A stretch of DNA of 64,000 nucleotides from Eledone cirrhosa (GCA_964016885.1 OZ024750.1:52142001-52206000); one strand, 5' to 3'; shown: positions 1-13,585, numbered from the stretch's first letter. Translations and numbers: made by a program. The notes: a model not told the origin generated them from the letters alone.

Positions 1-350
1 GGAGACACACCTGCCTTAGAGTATGTATGGATATACACCTGCCTGAGGGTATGTATGGAGACACACCTGGCTGAGGGTATGTATGGAGACACATCTACCT
101 GAGGGTATGTATGGAGACACACCTGCCTGAGGGTATGTATGGAGACACACCTGCCTGAGGGTATGTATGGAGACACACCTATCTGAGGGTATGTATGGAG
201 ACACATCTACCTGAGGGTATGTATGGAGACACATCTACCTGAGGGTATGTATGGAGACACACCTGCCTGAGGGTATGTATGGAGACACACCTGCCTGAGG
301 GTATGTATGGAGACACACCTGCCTGAGGGTATGTATGGAGACACACCTGT
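1..350. repeat. 28-bp minisatellite, ~12 copies (runs off the window start)
   Basis: Unit GGAGACACACCTGCCTGAGGGTATGTAT recurs with period 28 (e.g. 141, 169). Confidence 0.95.
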
Positions 351-429
351 AGACTGATATAGTTGTATGAACGTCCGGACCTATGAGCACGTATGTGTCT
401 GAGTGTGTGCATATGCAGAGATACAGATA

Positions 430-925
<496 letters not shown>

Positions 926-935
926 GTTGTCAAAA

Positions 936-1069
936 GCTTTTGACAACAGCTGGTGATATGCATGTAAGTAAATATTCTCCCTATCTGATATTTGGTAACT
1001 AACCTAACATAGATCGATAACGAAGTATAGTTACGATGTATTATCATCACCTAGAAACGATCGTAAAGC
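936..1069 (+). ncRNA. Hammerhead ribozyme-like motif (type I, long stem II) in a probable Penelope pLTR
   Basis: GCTT-TTGACAA-CAGCTGGTGAT...ATCATCACCTA-GAAAC-GATC-GTA-AAGC: stem I GCTT/AAGC, paired stem II, palindromic loop III; core degenerate. Confidence 0.55.
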
Positions 1070-1529
1070 AGTGAAGTATATTTCTAATGACTTGATTTTT
1101 TATTTCATTGTTTTAACTTATATCATGACTCTGTTTTCCTTTTAATGTTTTATTGTTTTTCGGGATTTATTTTAACCTACGACATATTCAACATATGTAT
1201 TACATTGAGTTCTTCATGCAGACTAGACCCCACAACTTACCGTGGATATCTCTGTGTATATATATATGTATATATGTATTTATGTATGTATGTATATATG
1301 TATGTATATATGTATTTATGTATGTATGTATATATGTATGTATATATGTATTTATGTATGTATGTATATATGTATGTATATATGTATTTATTTATGTATG
1401 TATGTATATATGTATGTATGTATGCATGTACGTATGTATGTATGTATGTATATATGTATTTATGTATGTATGTATATATGTATGTATATATGTATGTATG
1501 TATGTATATATATATGTATGTATGTGTCA

Positions 1530-1852
1530 CCTCTTTCTCTTAATTTCGAGTGTATTTTTTTGACCGGCCACCTTCCTGGTGGCAAGGTTGTAAAAGAAAA
1601 GGAATTGTCATCCCTTGAATCGCAAGAACGTTTTGCAAATTTTGAAGGTGCCAGCTATCGCAGCCATTTGTAGACTATGAAATAGGGAGCTGCGCTCTTT
1701 GTCCGCAAATCCAAGTTCAGTCATACTTTGGTCCAAGCGAGTTGGTATATAACCCGTAGCTCCAATAATGATGGGTATGAAGCTAAAGGTGTATCTTGGA
1801 TACTGGATTTGTAAACTCCTCATCAATGGTCTGTAGATGTCCTCCTTCTCCT
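1530..1852 (-). mobile_element. 3' fragment of an R4/Dong-like (RLE endonuclease) LINE
   Basis: Translation EKEDIYRPLMRSLQ..FIPIIIGATG..LQMAAIAGTFKICKTF resembles the R4-clade C-terminus; embedded in a TATG tract. Confidence 0.7.
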
Positions 1853-1928
1853 GTATGTATGTATATATGTATTTATGTATGTATGCCTGTCTGTATGCAT
1901 GTATGTATATATGTATCCCAGTACAACC

Positions 1929-2490
1929 TGTCTCATGGTCGGGTCGTCGGCGACTAAACTGGCAACCCCACCAAGTTTTCTTGGTGAGGAGGGTGACTTT
2001 GGACATCCTGCAGGACTAAAAACAAAATCTGTCAAAGGGAAAAGGGGCTCTTAAGAGTCAATGGCCATCCAAAATCACCGGGAGAGATAACCCCTTAGCC
2101 TTTGTCAAGGCAGAATTCTAGGAGAAGGAAAACTCTGATATAACACCTGCAACCCTGATGGTATCCAATGATGTTGACTTGTTATTCTTTTTGGTAAATA
2201 TCATCTTGGTTAAGAGAGTGGGACTGGCTTTGTGCAGTGCCTTTGCTCACTATAAAAGCTTCACGGCACAGGCATGGCTTTATATCTGGAGATCTCTCTG
2301 CACTTGTCGTCACATGGTACCATGGGCCCAGCACTGTGTGTCAATAATTGTCACAAGTGTAGTGTTTGTACCAGAGTTTTCAAGTCGCTGGCTGGACTAA
2401 AAAGTCACACTCGTTCAGCGCATCGGTAAGGGTTCTGCTACATGGATATAAAGTAGTGGCCGTACTCGAAAACGAGTTGGCAGCCACCAT
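1929..2490 (+). mobile_element. Non-autonomous internally deleted RTE derivative (~560 bp), full copy
   Basis: RTE-type 5' motif CTAGGAGAAGGAAAACTCTG joined to a C2H2 tail (CSVCTRVFKSLAGLKSHTRSAH*) and a 3' stem-loop GTGGC..CTCGAAAACGAG..GCCAC; four copies in the window. Confidence 0.75.
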
Positions 2491-2498
2491 ATATATAT

Positions 2499-2911
2499 CC
2501 GGGAGAGATGACCCCTTAGCCTTTGTCAAGGCAGAATTCTAGGAGAAGGAAAACACTGATATAACACCTGCAACCCTGATGGTATCCAATGATGTTGGCT
2601 TGTTCTTTTTTTTGGTAAATATCATCTTGGTTAAGAGAGTGGGACTGGCTTTGTGCAGTGCCTTTGCTCACTATAAAAGCTTCACGGCACAGGCATGGCT
2701 TTATATCTGGAGATCTCTCTGCACTTGTCGTCACATGGTACCATGGGCCCAGCACTATGTGTCAATAATTGTCACAAGTGTAGTGTTTGTACCAGAGTTG
2801 TCAAGTCGGTGGCTGGACTAAAAAGTCACACTCGTTCAGCGCATCGGTAGGGGTTCTCCTACATGGATATAAAGTAGTGGTCGTACTCGAAAACGAGTTG
2901 GCAGCCACCAT
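2499..2911 (+). mobile_element. 5'-truncated tandem copy of the non-autonomous RTE derivative
   Basis: Near-identical to 2078-2490 and separated from it by a short (TA) tract. Confidence 0.85.
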
Positions 2912-2929
2912 ATATGTATGTATGTTTGT

Positions 2930-3540
2930 TCCTCTGGTTTTATAATTTCACAAAGTTTTCCCAATAGAGAGAGAGTCGGTTTCTAACATAGACACAAGAC
3001 TCTCTCATTGGAATTTACACATTCAACTAGGTAGGTAGGTATGTATGCATGTGTAGATATGGATGTTATTGTATGTGTGGGTGTGGATGTTTTGAGTTGT
3101 ATGTGTGCATGTGTATATGCTTTGCATCTGTATATGTGTATATACAGTTATTAGATGCAGTATTTTTGGAATGTTTTACATATTTTTACTGTTCCATTAA
3201 TGGATTGTACTTGTAATTTCCTAACTAGTTGTGTTCTTTCTGTTCCTGTGAAGTCTAGCTTCTCAAGATTTGTATTGAGGCAGTTACTAACATACCCCAG
3301 TGCCCAATAATCACAGGCATAAATCTGAAGGTGTAATCAGGGTGGAGTATCTGCAGATTTCTCATCAGTTCTGAATAAATGTTCTCCTTTTCACTAATCT
3401 TTGATATTATATTGGCATCTGCTGGGCAGCTAATTTCCACTACTGTGCATGCTTTCTTCTCCCTGTTCCATATCATAATATCTGGTCTGTTATGCCTGCA
3501 TTTTATTGGGGTTTTTACTGGAACATTCCACCAGTATATA
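2930..3540 (-). mobile_element. 3' fragment of an R4/Dong-like LINE (RLE domain plus 3' UTR)
   Basis: YWWNVPVKT..HNRPDIMIWNREKK..VVEISCP..EKENIY shows the PD-(D/E)xK-type RLE motif; frameshifted. Confidence 0.8.
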
Positions 3541-4249
3541 TGTATGTATGTGTGTGTGTGCGTGTATGTATGTATGTGTGTATACATATATGTGTGTGTA
3601 TATATATGTGTGTGTGTGTATGTGAGTGTGTATATATATATATGTGTGTGTGTGTGTGTATATATATATGTGTGTGTGTATGTATGTATGTGTGTATATA
3701 TGTATATACGTGTGTGTGTCTGTATATATATATGTGTGTGTATGTGTGTGTGTACGTGTACACATGTATATCTATTTTCTTTTCACACACTGTACACTGT
3801 ATCCCACGTACTGTAACAGCTATTTATTTATATTCATTTCAAACTCTAACCACAACCCTTAAGTCTTTATAGCACAAATATCCCTTTAAGGATACACCAA
3901 AGCCTCACCCTAACCTACGTTAATCTACTTTCCTTGCCGCTTTCTTCATTTTTCTTTTTATTTCCATTATTCCTCTCTGACCACCAGCCTTCCCCCCCCC
4001 CCCCCCTCCCTTATTACAACACCACACCCTTTCATCTCCCATCACTTATAGCCCATAACCACCTCCACACACACCACCCTCACCACATACACACCACAAT
4101 TCCTATGAAACAGCCAAAACACCACACCCCCACAACTCACACCAACCATCTCTCCCCACCACCACCTCCTCCTTATAATCCCCCCCCCCACCTATCACAC
4201 AGACCAAAACATTCCTCATCGGCAAACAACCAATCAAAACCACAGTAAC

Positions 4250-4545
4250 TGACCACCAGAAATCAATGGGACTCGTTATAGACCTTTCTAAGCCCTACAG
4301 GTCCTTTCTGTCATTACCGCGGCAGAGATCCGACGAGCTTTTGATTCCAGAGTCGGGCTAGATCGATAGGGATCAAACCTTGAGCTGATCAATAGCGAAA
4401 CACGCGTCACTACTCAATAAACGTAATGAAGACATAACAAATCGTCCTTTTATTATTATTATTACACTCTGCTTAATTCTACACTTCTATACTTACTGGA
4501 AACTATGTGTCGAGTGCTGCTCAGCTGGGTGAACCTATAGTATAT
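4250..4545 (+). mobile_element. Penelope-type pLTR with a CCGACGA-core hammerhead (4325-4414)
   Basis: CCGACGA-GCTTTTGAT...ATCAATAGC-GAAAC-ACGC-GTC followed by AATAAA; homologous copy at 31370-31746 (-). Confidence 0.65.
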
Positions 4546-4633
4546 AATATATATACATATATATATGCGTGTGTAATAAAAAAGAAAGAAAAATGAAATA
4601 ATGAAAGTAGGGAGAAGCTAGGAGAAGCAAACT

Positions 4634-6944
4634 CTACACCCCAGTCTGGGTGGCTGGTCTCAGCTACACCCAGTCTGGGTGGCTGGTCTCAGCTACACCC
4701 CAGTCTGGGTGGCTGGTTTCAGCTACACCCCAGTCTGGGTGGCTGGTCTCAGCTACACCCCAGTCTGGGTGGCTGGTCTCAGCTACACCCCAGTCTGGGT
4801 GGTATGTCTCAGCTACACCCCAGTCTGGGTGGTATGTCTCAGCTACACCCCAGTCTCAGTGGTATGTCTCAGCTACACCCCAGTCTGGGTAGCATGTTTC
4901 AGCTACACCCCAGTCTGGGTGGCTGGTCTCAGCTACACCCCAGTCTGGGTGGCTGGTCTCAGCTACACCCCAGTCTGGGTGGCTGGTCTCAGCTACACCC
5001 CAGTCTGGGTGGCTGGTCTCAGCTACACCCCAGTCTGGGTGGCTGGTCTCAGCTACACCCCAGTCTGGGTGGTATGTCACAGCTACACCCCAGTCTGGGT
5101 GGTATGTCTCAGCTACACCCCAGTCTGGGTAGTATGTCTCAGCTACACCCCAGTCTCAGTGGTATGTCTCAGCTACACCCCAGTCTGGGTAGCATGTTTC
5201 AGCTACACCCAGTCTGGGTGGTATGTCTCAGCTACACCCCAGTCTGGGTGGTATGTCTCAGCTACACCCCAGTCTGGGTGGCATGTCTCAGCTACACCCC
5301 AGTCTGGGTGGCTGGTCTCAGCTACACCCCAGTCTGGGTGGTATGTCTCAGCTACACCCCAGTCTGGGTGGTATGTCTCAGCTACACCCCAGTCTGGGTG
5401 GCTGGTCTCAGCTACACCCCAGTCTGGGTGGCTAGTCTCAGCTACACCCCAGTCTGGGTGGCTGGTCTCAGCTACACCCCAGTCTGGGTGGCTGGTCTCA
5501 GCTACACCCCAGTCTGGGTGGTATGTCTCAGCTACACCCCAGTCTGGGTGGTATGTCTCAGCTACACCCCAGTCTGGGTGGCTGGTCTCAGCTACACCCC
5601 AGTCTGGGTGGCTGGTCTCAGCTACACCCCAGTCTGGGTGGCTGGTCTCAGCTACACCCCAGTCTGGGTGGTATGTCTCAGCTACACCCCAGTCTGGGTG
5701 GTATGTCTCAGCTACACCCCAGTCTGGGTGGTATGTCTCAGCTACACCCCAGTCTGGGTGGCTGGTCTCAGCTACACCCCAGTCTGGGTGGCTGGTCTCA
5801 GCTACACCCCAGTCTGGGTGGTATGTCTCAGCTACACCCCAGTCTGGGTGGCTGGTCTCAGCTACACCCCAGTCTGGGTGGTATGTCTCAGCTACACCCC
5901 AGTCTGGGTGGTATGTCTCAGCTACACCCCACTCTGGGTGGCTGGTCTCAGCTACACCCCAGTCTGGGTGGCTGGTCTCAGCTACACCCCAGTCTGGGTG
6001 GTATGTCTCAGCTACACCCCAGTCTGGGTGGTATGTCTCAGCTACACCCCAGTCTCAGTGGTATGTCTCAGCTACACCCCAGTCTGGGTGGCTGGTCTCA
6101 GCTACACCCCAGTCTGGGTGGTATGTCTCAGCTACACCCCAGTCTGGGTGGCTGGTCTCAGCTACACCCCAGTCTGGGTGGTATGTCTCAGCTACACCCC
6201 AGTCTGGGTGGTATGTCTCAGCTACACCCCAGTCTCAGTGGTATGTCTCAGCTACACCCCAGTCTGGGTGGCTGGTCTCAGCTACACCCCAGTCTCAGTG
6301 GTATGTCTCAGCTACACCCCAGTCTGGGTGGCTGGTCTCAGCTACACCCCAGTCTGGGTGGTATGTCTCAGCTACACCCCAGTCTGGGTAGTATGTCTCA
6401 GCTACACCCCAGTCTCAGTGGTATGTCTCAGCTACACCCCAGTCTCAGTGGTATGTCTCAGCTACACCCCAGTCTGGGTAGCATGTTTCAGCTACACCCC
6501 AGTCTGGGTGGTATGTCTCAGCTACACCCCAGTCTGGGTGGCATGTCTCAGCTACACCCCAGTCTGGGTGGTATGTCTCAGCTACACCCCAGTCTGGGTG
6601 GCTGGTCTCAGCTACACCCCAGTCTGGGTGGTATGTCTCAGCTACACCCCAGTCTGGGTGGTATGTCTCAGCTACACCCCAGTCTCAGTGGTATGTCTCA
6701 GCTACACCCCAGTCTCAGTGGTATGTCTCAGCTACACCCCAGTCTGGGTAGCATGTCTCAGCTACACCCCAGTCTCAGTGGTATGTCTCAGCTACACACC
6801 AGTCTGGGTAGCATGTCTCAGCTACACTCCAGTCTCAGTGGTATATCTCAGCTACACCCCAGTCTGGGTGGCTAGTCTCAGCTACACCCCAGTCTGGGTG
6901 GTATGTCTCAGCTACACCCCAGTCTGGGTGGCATGTCTCAGCTG
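4634..6944. repeat. 30-bp GC-rich minisatellite, ~77 copies
   Basis: Unit CTACACCCCAGTCTGGGTGG(CTG/TAT)GTCTCAG; no spacers, so not CRISPR. Confidence 0.97.
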
Positions 6945-7532
6945 CGCCTTCGGACAAAATAGTGAAAGCATTGCTGAAGGAGACAGCCAGCGACACCCGC
7001 TGCATCAACCACTTCACCTCGGGGTTCCTTCCTTCAGTAAGATGAATTTCTCTCAATTTCGTGGAGGGAAGCGGCAATTCGTTGACGGAGGACATGAAAA
7101 GTGTGGATGTCCGAACACTGGCACGAAATGTCAGTGTTCGGACGAATGCCAATATTTTAAATTGAAGAAATATGCCATAAATACTTGGCCCAACGTGACA
7201 CAACTTGACAAGTGTTGGCCCTTCAACTACAGGTTTGACAAAGAAGATGAAAGAGAAGAATCAACCCCAATATTTGCTTAATACTTTATTTATCGACCCA
7301 AAATAGAGAAAGAGCAACGATGACGTTGGTGGAAGTTGAACACAAAGAGCCAGGCCAAGCAAGTCTCTATCTATCTCTCCATCTTCCTAACTATCTATCG
7401 GTCTATTTATCTGTCTATCTACATTTATATGTTTGTCTGTGTGTTTATCTGTTTATTTATCTAACGCTCTATCTTTCTATCTATTTACCTCTCACTCCAT
7501 TTTACTGTTTCTCTCTCTCTCCCACTTTCTTG

Positions 7533-7605
<73 letters not shown>

Positions 7606-7610
<5 letters not shown>

Positions 7611-7760
7611 ACTCCCTTCCCAAACACTTTTCGCCTGAAGAAGGGCTTATGCCCGAAACGTCGTTCCCCACCACCACCCTACTCTCAAGAGCGTGAAACT
7701 AATAAACCTTTGTTCGTACTGCCTCTCTGTTTTGTTCCCGTTCAATTTTTCACTTTTTGT
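7606..7760 (+). mobile_element. Penelope-type pLTR with a minimal hammerhead (7635-7662)
   Basis: CTGAAGA-A-GGGC-TTAT-GCCC-GAAAC-GTC followed by AATAAA; begins at a (TA)n tract. Confidence 0.75.
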
Positions 7761-8535
7761 TTGTTTACTCTCGTGTCCCCTTTATTTACGTGTCCCAACG
7801 ACTTTTTTTAGCCGTTGCTCGCACCAACCGGAGGTATATGGTCTTTAAAGCGTTGAAATACCAATGTTGGTTGGAACATTACTGATGAAGGACTAACTTT
7901 ATTCATATGTAACCCATTAGCAACCCCGCAGCACGTTTATTCTCATATTTACACATATTTTTTCCCCGCTGTTACCCGTCTATTTCGTTCTTACTGCTTC
8001 CTCTTTCTCTGTATCTTTACCCTCTCTAGCAGTCACTCTCTCTGTTAGCCTCTTCCTCACCCTTCACTCACTCATTCTGTTACTACCTCTCCTCCTCCTC
8101 CTTCTTCCCGTTTGACCTGTGCGTAATTCTTTTCTTTCGCACGCTTGGCCAGGCCAGTCGGCATTTTTTCTCTCTCTCGTCTACGATTTCATAGAACTTA
8201 TGTTTACCGAATTCACAGACTAGACCCCTTCTTCCTCCCGTTAGACCTGTACGGAATTCCTTCCTTGCTCACATTCCAACCAGGTTTGATGGTCTTTATT
8301 CTCTCTCGTTCACGATTTCACCGAATTTAAATTCATAGAAATTTGGGACTTGACTCCTTCTTCCTCACTTTTCGTTGCTTCACCATTTTTGTTTGTTTAC
8401 ACTCGTGTTCCCTTTATTTACGTGTCCCAACGACTTTTTTAGCTGTTGCTCGCACCAACCGGGGGTATATGGTCTTTAAAGCGATGAAATACCAATGATG
8501 GTTGGAAGATCACTGATGAAGGACTAACTTTATTC

Positions 8536-8540
<5 letters not shown>
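7755..8540 (+). repeat. Two ~155-bp direct repeats (7755-7910, 8386-8540), pLTR-like, each ending just after CTGATGAAGGAC
   Basis: Near-identical copies visible; the hammerhead 3' half is absent. Confidence 0.7.
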
Positions 8541-8569
<29 letters not shown>

Positions 8570-8574
8570 AAAAG

Positions 8575-8725
8575 TTCTATTTAAATTGTTGGGATACAAC
8601 AAGCAAATATTTTTATAACTGATATAAAGCACTCAACAAATATTTGGAGTAAAAATACGATATTAACAAATGGAAACTATATTTATAAAACCATATTTAT
8701 TTCATTATACATATTTCAAGGACAT
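8575..8725 (-). mobile_element. Partial copy of the AUA-hammerhead pLTR family
   Basis: Matches 32765-32925 and 47715-47870. Confidence 0.75.
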
Positions 8726-9319
8726 ATATATTTGTACGTTGCAAATCGTTAAAACTACAGAATTGTATGGGAGAGAACTCTGTAAAATAAATTTAAGAAA
8801 TGCAACTTTTCAAGGGGAGATAACATACGTAAACGAAATTTTTTTTTTTTTCATCTCACAAAAACTGTAAAATTGTGAAACCGCATCACATAAGGAAACT
8901 GTAATCCACCCTCTACTAGTATCGCTCTTTTCTCGAGTTTTTTCAAACTCCAGAGAAGCTGACGTTATGCCTCCTCGTAAACATCGACCTACATGGAGAG
9001 TTTTATTCAAGGATCTTAAACATGCGCGGTATTGGGGGGAAACTCTTGACCGTACACACACTGATGTTGCAGATGTTTTAAGCACGCCACTAAATTATTG
9101 TTTTGCTTCGTTTTTCTCTGGATTTTTAAGATATTACATATATTGTACTTTATTTCTAGAACAATATTATACGTTGCTCGTAAATATAAATGTATCTGTA
9201 CATTTAAATCGTAGCTATGATGTGTTTGATGTTTTGTTGGTGTTGTTTTTCCTGTATATTGTACACGTACAAACATCAATTCTTTCTTGCTACATGTAAT
9301 GACTTGGCTTCATTTTGAT

Positions 9320-9770
9320 GAAAATGTTTAAATCATCCACATGTCTTGTTTAGTTTTATCTGTGGAGAGTACACGTTCACTGAACAGAGAAAAACAATTA
9401 CTGGTTGTGTGAAAAGAGCTTGTATTGCCTGTTTCGGAGTTCAGCTAAGGAATTAAAGACAAGACGTTGGTTCCTGGTATTGTATAGGAACATCTGTGGC
9501 GGAGCAATGGAAAGAGGATTTGACACGAATTGAACAACAACATAAGCGACTTAAAGTCTTTCAAAGGAACATGTTAACTTCCTGTCTGGGAGGAAAACAT
9601 TACTATTACCGGAAATCAAAATCACATTATATCGTGACAGGGAAAAGGATTTACTTCCCTTCTTCGCGAAAGATGACGATTTTGTTTCCTGCGACAATGC
9701 GAGGATTTCTGATGAAATATCTGAATACACACCAAGTGGACAAGATTTATTCAAAGAGAGCCCCAAACTA
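9320..9770 (+). mobile_element. Degenerate Chapaev-like (CMC) DNA transposase fragment
   Basis: Broken frames give NHPHV..FICGEYTFTEQRKTITGCVKRACIACFGVQL and LLPEIKITLYRDREKDLLPFFAKDDDFVSCDN, which resemble Chapaev3 N-terminal motifs as recalled from memory. Confidence 0.55.
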
Positions 9771-9794
9771 TAAATTTCACAATTCCAAATTATA

Positions 9795-10845
9795 ACTGGT
9801 GTACCACAGGGATCTGTTCTTGGTCCCCTTTTGTTTGTGGCATATATTAATGACAAAGATGCCAACTTAAAGATTGCCACGGTACTGAAATACGCAGATG
9901 ACATCAAGCTGTACTTTGAAATCAAAAGGACTGATCCTGAAATCTACAACTCTTTCCTACAATCATACCTGGACGCAATGCAGCAATGGATCACAGACTG
10001 GCAACTGAAGCTGGCTGTGGACAAGTGTACCACCATGCATTTTGGGAGGAAAAATCCAACGTCCACATATTCCCTCCACAACACTGATATCAAGAAGTCC
10101 TCTTGTGAACGTGACCTGGGCATTACTGTCAGCAGCGATTTGCGTTGGACAAAGCACCTCTCTAAGATTGACAAGAAGGCCGAGGGTGTCTTGGCATCAC
10201 TCAGAAAGACCTTTGTTAGCCGTTCTCCAGCCATCTATTTAAAGCTGTATACAGCTATGGTACGACCACACTTGGAATTCGCATCATCAGTCTGGAACCC
10301 CTATCTTGCTCAGAACATTGACCTCCTGGAAACTGTTCAGAGACGCGCAACCAAACGCATACCCTCCATCAGACACCTACCATACTCTGAACGCCTTGCT
10401 TCCCTGGGCATGGATTCATTGAAGCTCCGACGTCTGGCAATGGACTTGGTAAATACCCACAAAGTTATTAACCATCTCGCCAACAACAACACTGAGCACC
10501 TTTTTGATTTCCATGTGTCTAACACACGTGGACATGCCTACAAAATCAGAAAACAGCACAGCTCCCATGACTTTCGGAAACATTTTTCCACGCTTAGAGT
10601 TGCTAAAGCATGGAACAAACTGCCTGCGTCAGTTGTTAGCTGTCGAGATACTGCATCCTTTAAAAACCCCATGCCTCCCGAAATTCGCTAAAACTACACC
10701 TGATGTATCCCTTCCATACACATGCACACAAGTCTATATCATGACTCATGCACTGTTCATTTTCCTGACGTTTGTACATTACCCTATGTACTATACATAC
10801 ACTTTTGATGAGTTGTAGTGCACCTGAGCACTGAACACAATATTT

Positions 10846-10882
<37 letters not shown>
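9795..10882 (+). mobile_element. 5'-truncated CR1-clade LINE (RT C-terminal half) with an (ATT)n tail
   Basis: GVPQGSVLGPLLF..YIND, KYADDIKL, ERDLGI, VRPHLEF..VWNPY, VQRRATK, TRGH; ORF 9831-10691; ATT tail 10849-10882. Confidence 0.92.
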
Positions 10883-10883
<1 letters not shown>

Positions 10884-11017
10884 AATTCCCCACTTCCATT
10901 GCCGTATTTCTAAAAGAATACACATTATTCGAATTAATTAAGGAAGAATTAACTAAAATTTCATAAAATTATTTTCTCGTTATTAAGATGATATTTGTAA
11001 TTTACCAAATTATATTG

Positions 11018-11305
11018 GAAGATTTTAGTTGTAAAAGGAATCCTTTAAATTGGAAGATTTTAGTTTTAAAGGGAACCCTTTAAATTGGGAGATATTAGTT
11101 TAGGTAGGAACCCTTTAAATTTGGAGGTATTAGTTTAGATAGGAACCCTTTAAATTGGGAGATTTTAGTTTTAAAGGGAACCCTTTAAATTGGGAGATAT
11201 TAGTTTTAAAAGGAACCCTTTAAATTGGGAGATATTAGTTTTAAAAGGAACCCTTTAAATTGGGAGGTATTAGTTTAAATAGGAACCCTTTAAATTGGGA
11301 GGTAT
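11018..11305. repeat. 35-bp AT-rich minisatellite (~8 copies) next to a TTAA-ended MITE-like terminus
   Basis: Unit AAAGGAACCCTTTAAATTGGGAGATATTAGTTTTA; element end ..GGTATCAAAAAGGTTAA at ~11356; similar TTAACCCTTT termini at ~40672, ~54093, ~60719. Confidence 0.8.
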
Positions 11306-11746
11306 TTACATAGCGCCAGAGGCGGTTTGGGGCCGGTTGGTATCAAAAAGGTTAAGGTGTCACAGCTCAAAACTAAATCTAATACCAGCAGAAAAAGGTT
11401 TGCTGATGACTATGTTCTTGTTTCCTATAACAGGGGACATGTAGAGTTTGGTTTGGGTTTTGGGTGGTGCAACTTTATCGTATGTCTTCACTATTAACGT
11501 CTGGAAGACTAAGGTTCTATTTCAACAAAGCTCTGACATAAATTAAACACACACACACACACATAAGAAACCTATAAGACAGTGTACCGTAGTGATTTGA
11601 AACGAGAGGAACTTAGCTGACAGTAGAGAAATGTTAGTCAAAGGAGGAATCCAAACAGAGAAAGAATAGCGTACATTGTGGTATATATATATATACATAT
11701 ATACACGTACATATACATATATACATGTGCACACACACACACACAC

Positions 11747-11787
<41 letters not shown>

Positions 11788-11789
11788 CA

Positions 11790-12075
11790 AACTATATAAG
11801 GAACACTTGTGACTGTTTATGCCCTTGAGAAGCCCAACTGGGCGAAACGTACGTAGGTGATATTTTCAATAAACATGTTTTAACGGTCTATTCTCCGATT
11901 TTTCACTTTCCCACGTGCTTACGCTCTGCTAACTCTCTAGCCCACTAAATATTAACACTTCGAATATTTAATACTGCCAGCACTAGTATCGAGCACCTTT
12001 GGCATACGCTACTTGGCAAATAACTATATGTATCACCTATCCCTCCTTTTTTTTCTCTCTTTCTCGATACGTAAA

Positions 12076-12080
<5 letters not shown>
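11790..12080 (+). mobile_element. Penelope-type pLTR with a CUUGAGAA-core hammerhead (11822-11858)
   Basis: CC-CTTGAGAA-GCCCA-AC-TGGGC-GAAAC-GTAC-GTA-GG followed by AATAAA; flanked by (TA)n on both sides. Confidence 0.65.
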
Positions 12081-12155
<75 letters not shown>

Positions 12156-12159
<4 letters not shown>

Positions 12160-13585
12160 TGGCAGCGGCCTGCTCCCCCACTCCAAGTAGCAAACTAAGA
12201 ATCAACCCTAGAATAGTAATGAGAAATGGGATGACAAATAACAAAACCCCAGGTAATAATAACCCTAGGAAGGCCCCTACCAACTCCACTAGAACCCCTA
12301 GAAGGAATAGACCTAGAAATATCACCTGGCTTAACCCCCCCCCCCCATTCTCATCTAATCTAGCCACTAATATCCCCAAACACTTCCCCCCTAACCATAG
12401 ATATTACAAACTCTTTAATAAAAACAACATTAAAATCTCATTCTCCACAACACCTAACCTAGCTAGCCACATCGCGTTCTGTAACTATCATAAGCTAATA
12501 CAGTATAACTCCCACACCGCGCGGTACCACCACCCCTATCAAATACACCACGCCACTACACCAATAATTACTCTAGTAGCACACCTCCCCCATCTAATCC
12601 TTCTAGCACGGACCAACCGCTTAGGTTAAACAACCCTACTCTCACTAACCGCAGAAGCAACTGCAACTGCCGTTACGCCAATGCATGCCCATAAATGGAC
12701 ACTGCCTGACACCCAACATAGTCTATAGGTGCACAGTTGAGACTGCTTCGAATACCAGCTCTTATATCGGGTCTACCGCTAACCCTTTTAAGGTACGCTA
12801 TAACGCGCACTCTTTTTCCTTCCGAGACCCTAGCAACAGATGTTCGACATCGCTAGCTAGGCTCATTAAAAACCTTAAATTAAACAACGTTCAACACTCA
12901 CTAAAATGGGATATCGTGGCTAGGGCCCAACCGTTCAATGGACGAAGGAAATCTTGTAATCTCTGTATTACGGAAGCATATTACATAACTCTATCACGAC
13001 CTCTACCGATTAACGATAGAACGGGGTAACCATTAGCTGTCAACATCGAAGGGCTAATTCCTTCGCCAATAGAGTTTTTGACCCAACTTAGTCATGTAGC
13101 CCCATCTCTAATTGTAGCTAAGTTAAATTGCTATGAACAACTCGATAATTATAAGTTGCCTCCCCTACATTGTCTCTCAATTAAAAAATTTAAATACTAG
13201 CACTTAACTATAAAATACTCACTATCTCTAATCTCTCGAGAAGTTACTTCCCCTGAAACCACCCTCTAATTAGTAAGGTAAATATGCCCTTTGGCAGCCA
13301 TCTTGTTACCCAGAGTCAGATCTCACAAAATGCAGCCTCGACAGATGAATACTGCTTGATTATGGCTGACAGCTGATGCAACCAAGATACCATAGTAAAA
13401 ACCAATATATGGAACATTATATTATGTAACATTATTTTAATTTATATTCCTTTGAGTTCCGATGAGCCACTCTGTTTTTTTAAATATGTTAATTATTTTC
13501 AACTGAACCAGATCAATTATGATATATAGTCATCTGATCCAGAAATATTATATGGAGTAGCGAAACAATTGTAAACGGACATTAT
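12156..13585 (+). mobile_element. 5'-truncated Penelope-like element: linker plus GIY-YIG endonuclease, 3' UTR/pLTR
   Basis: RNITWLNPP..HFPPNHRYYKLFNKNNIKISFS; CNC..CPINGHCLTPNIVY..SYIGST..FKVRY..CNLCITE; hammerhead at 13454-13576. Confidence 0.85.
13454..13576 (+). ncRNA. Hammerhead motif, CCGAUGA core, ~80-nt stem II insert
   Basis: GTT-CCGATGA-GCCACTCT...GGAGTAGC-GAAAC-AATT-GTA-AAC. Confidence 0.6.

Noticed and set aside
2940-3020. Hammerhead on the - strand (CCAATGA..GAAACC)
   Set aside because: Stems II and III do not pair; better explained as the 3' UTR of the R4-like LINE.
4634-6944. CRISPR array, or 450-825 aa proteins
   Set aside because: No unique spacers, no cas genes, eukaryotic context; the ORFs follow from a stop-free 30-bp unit.
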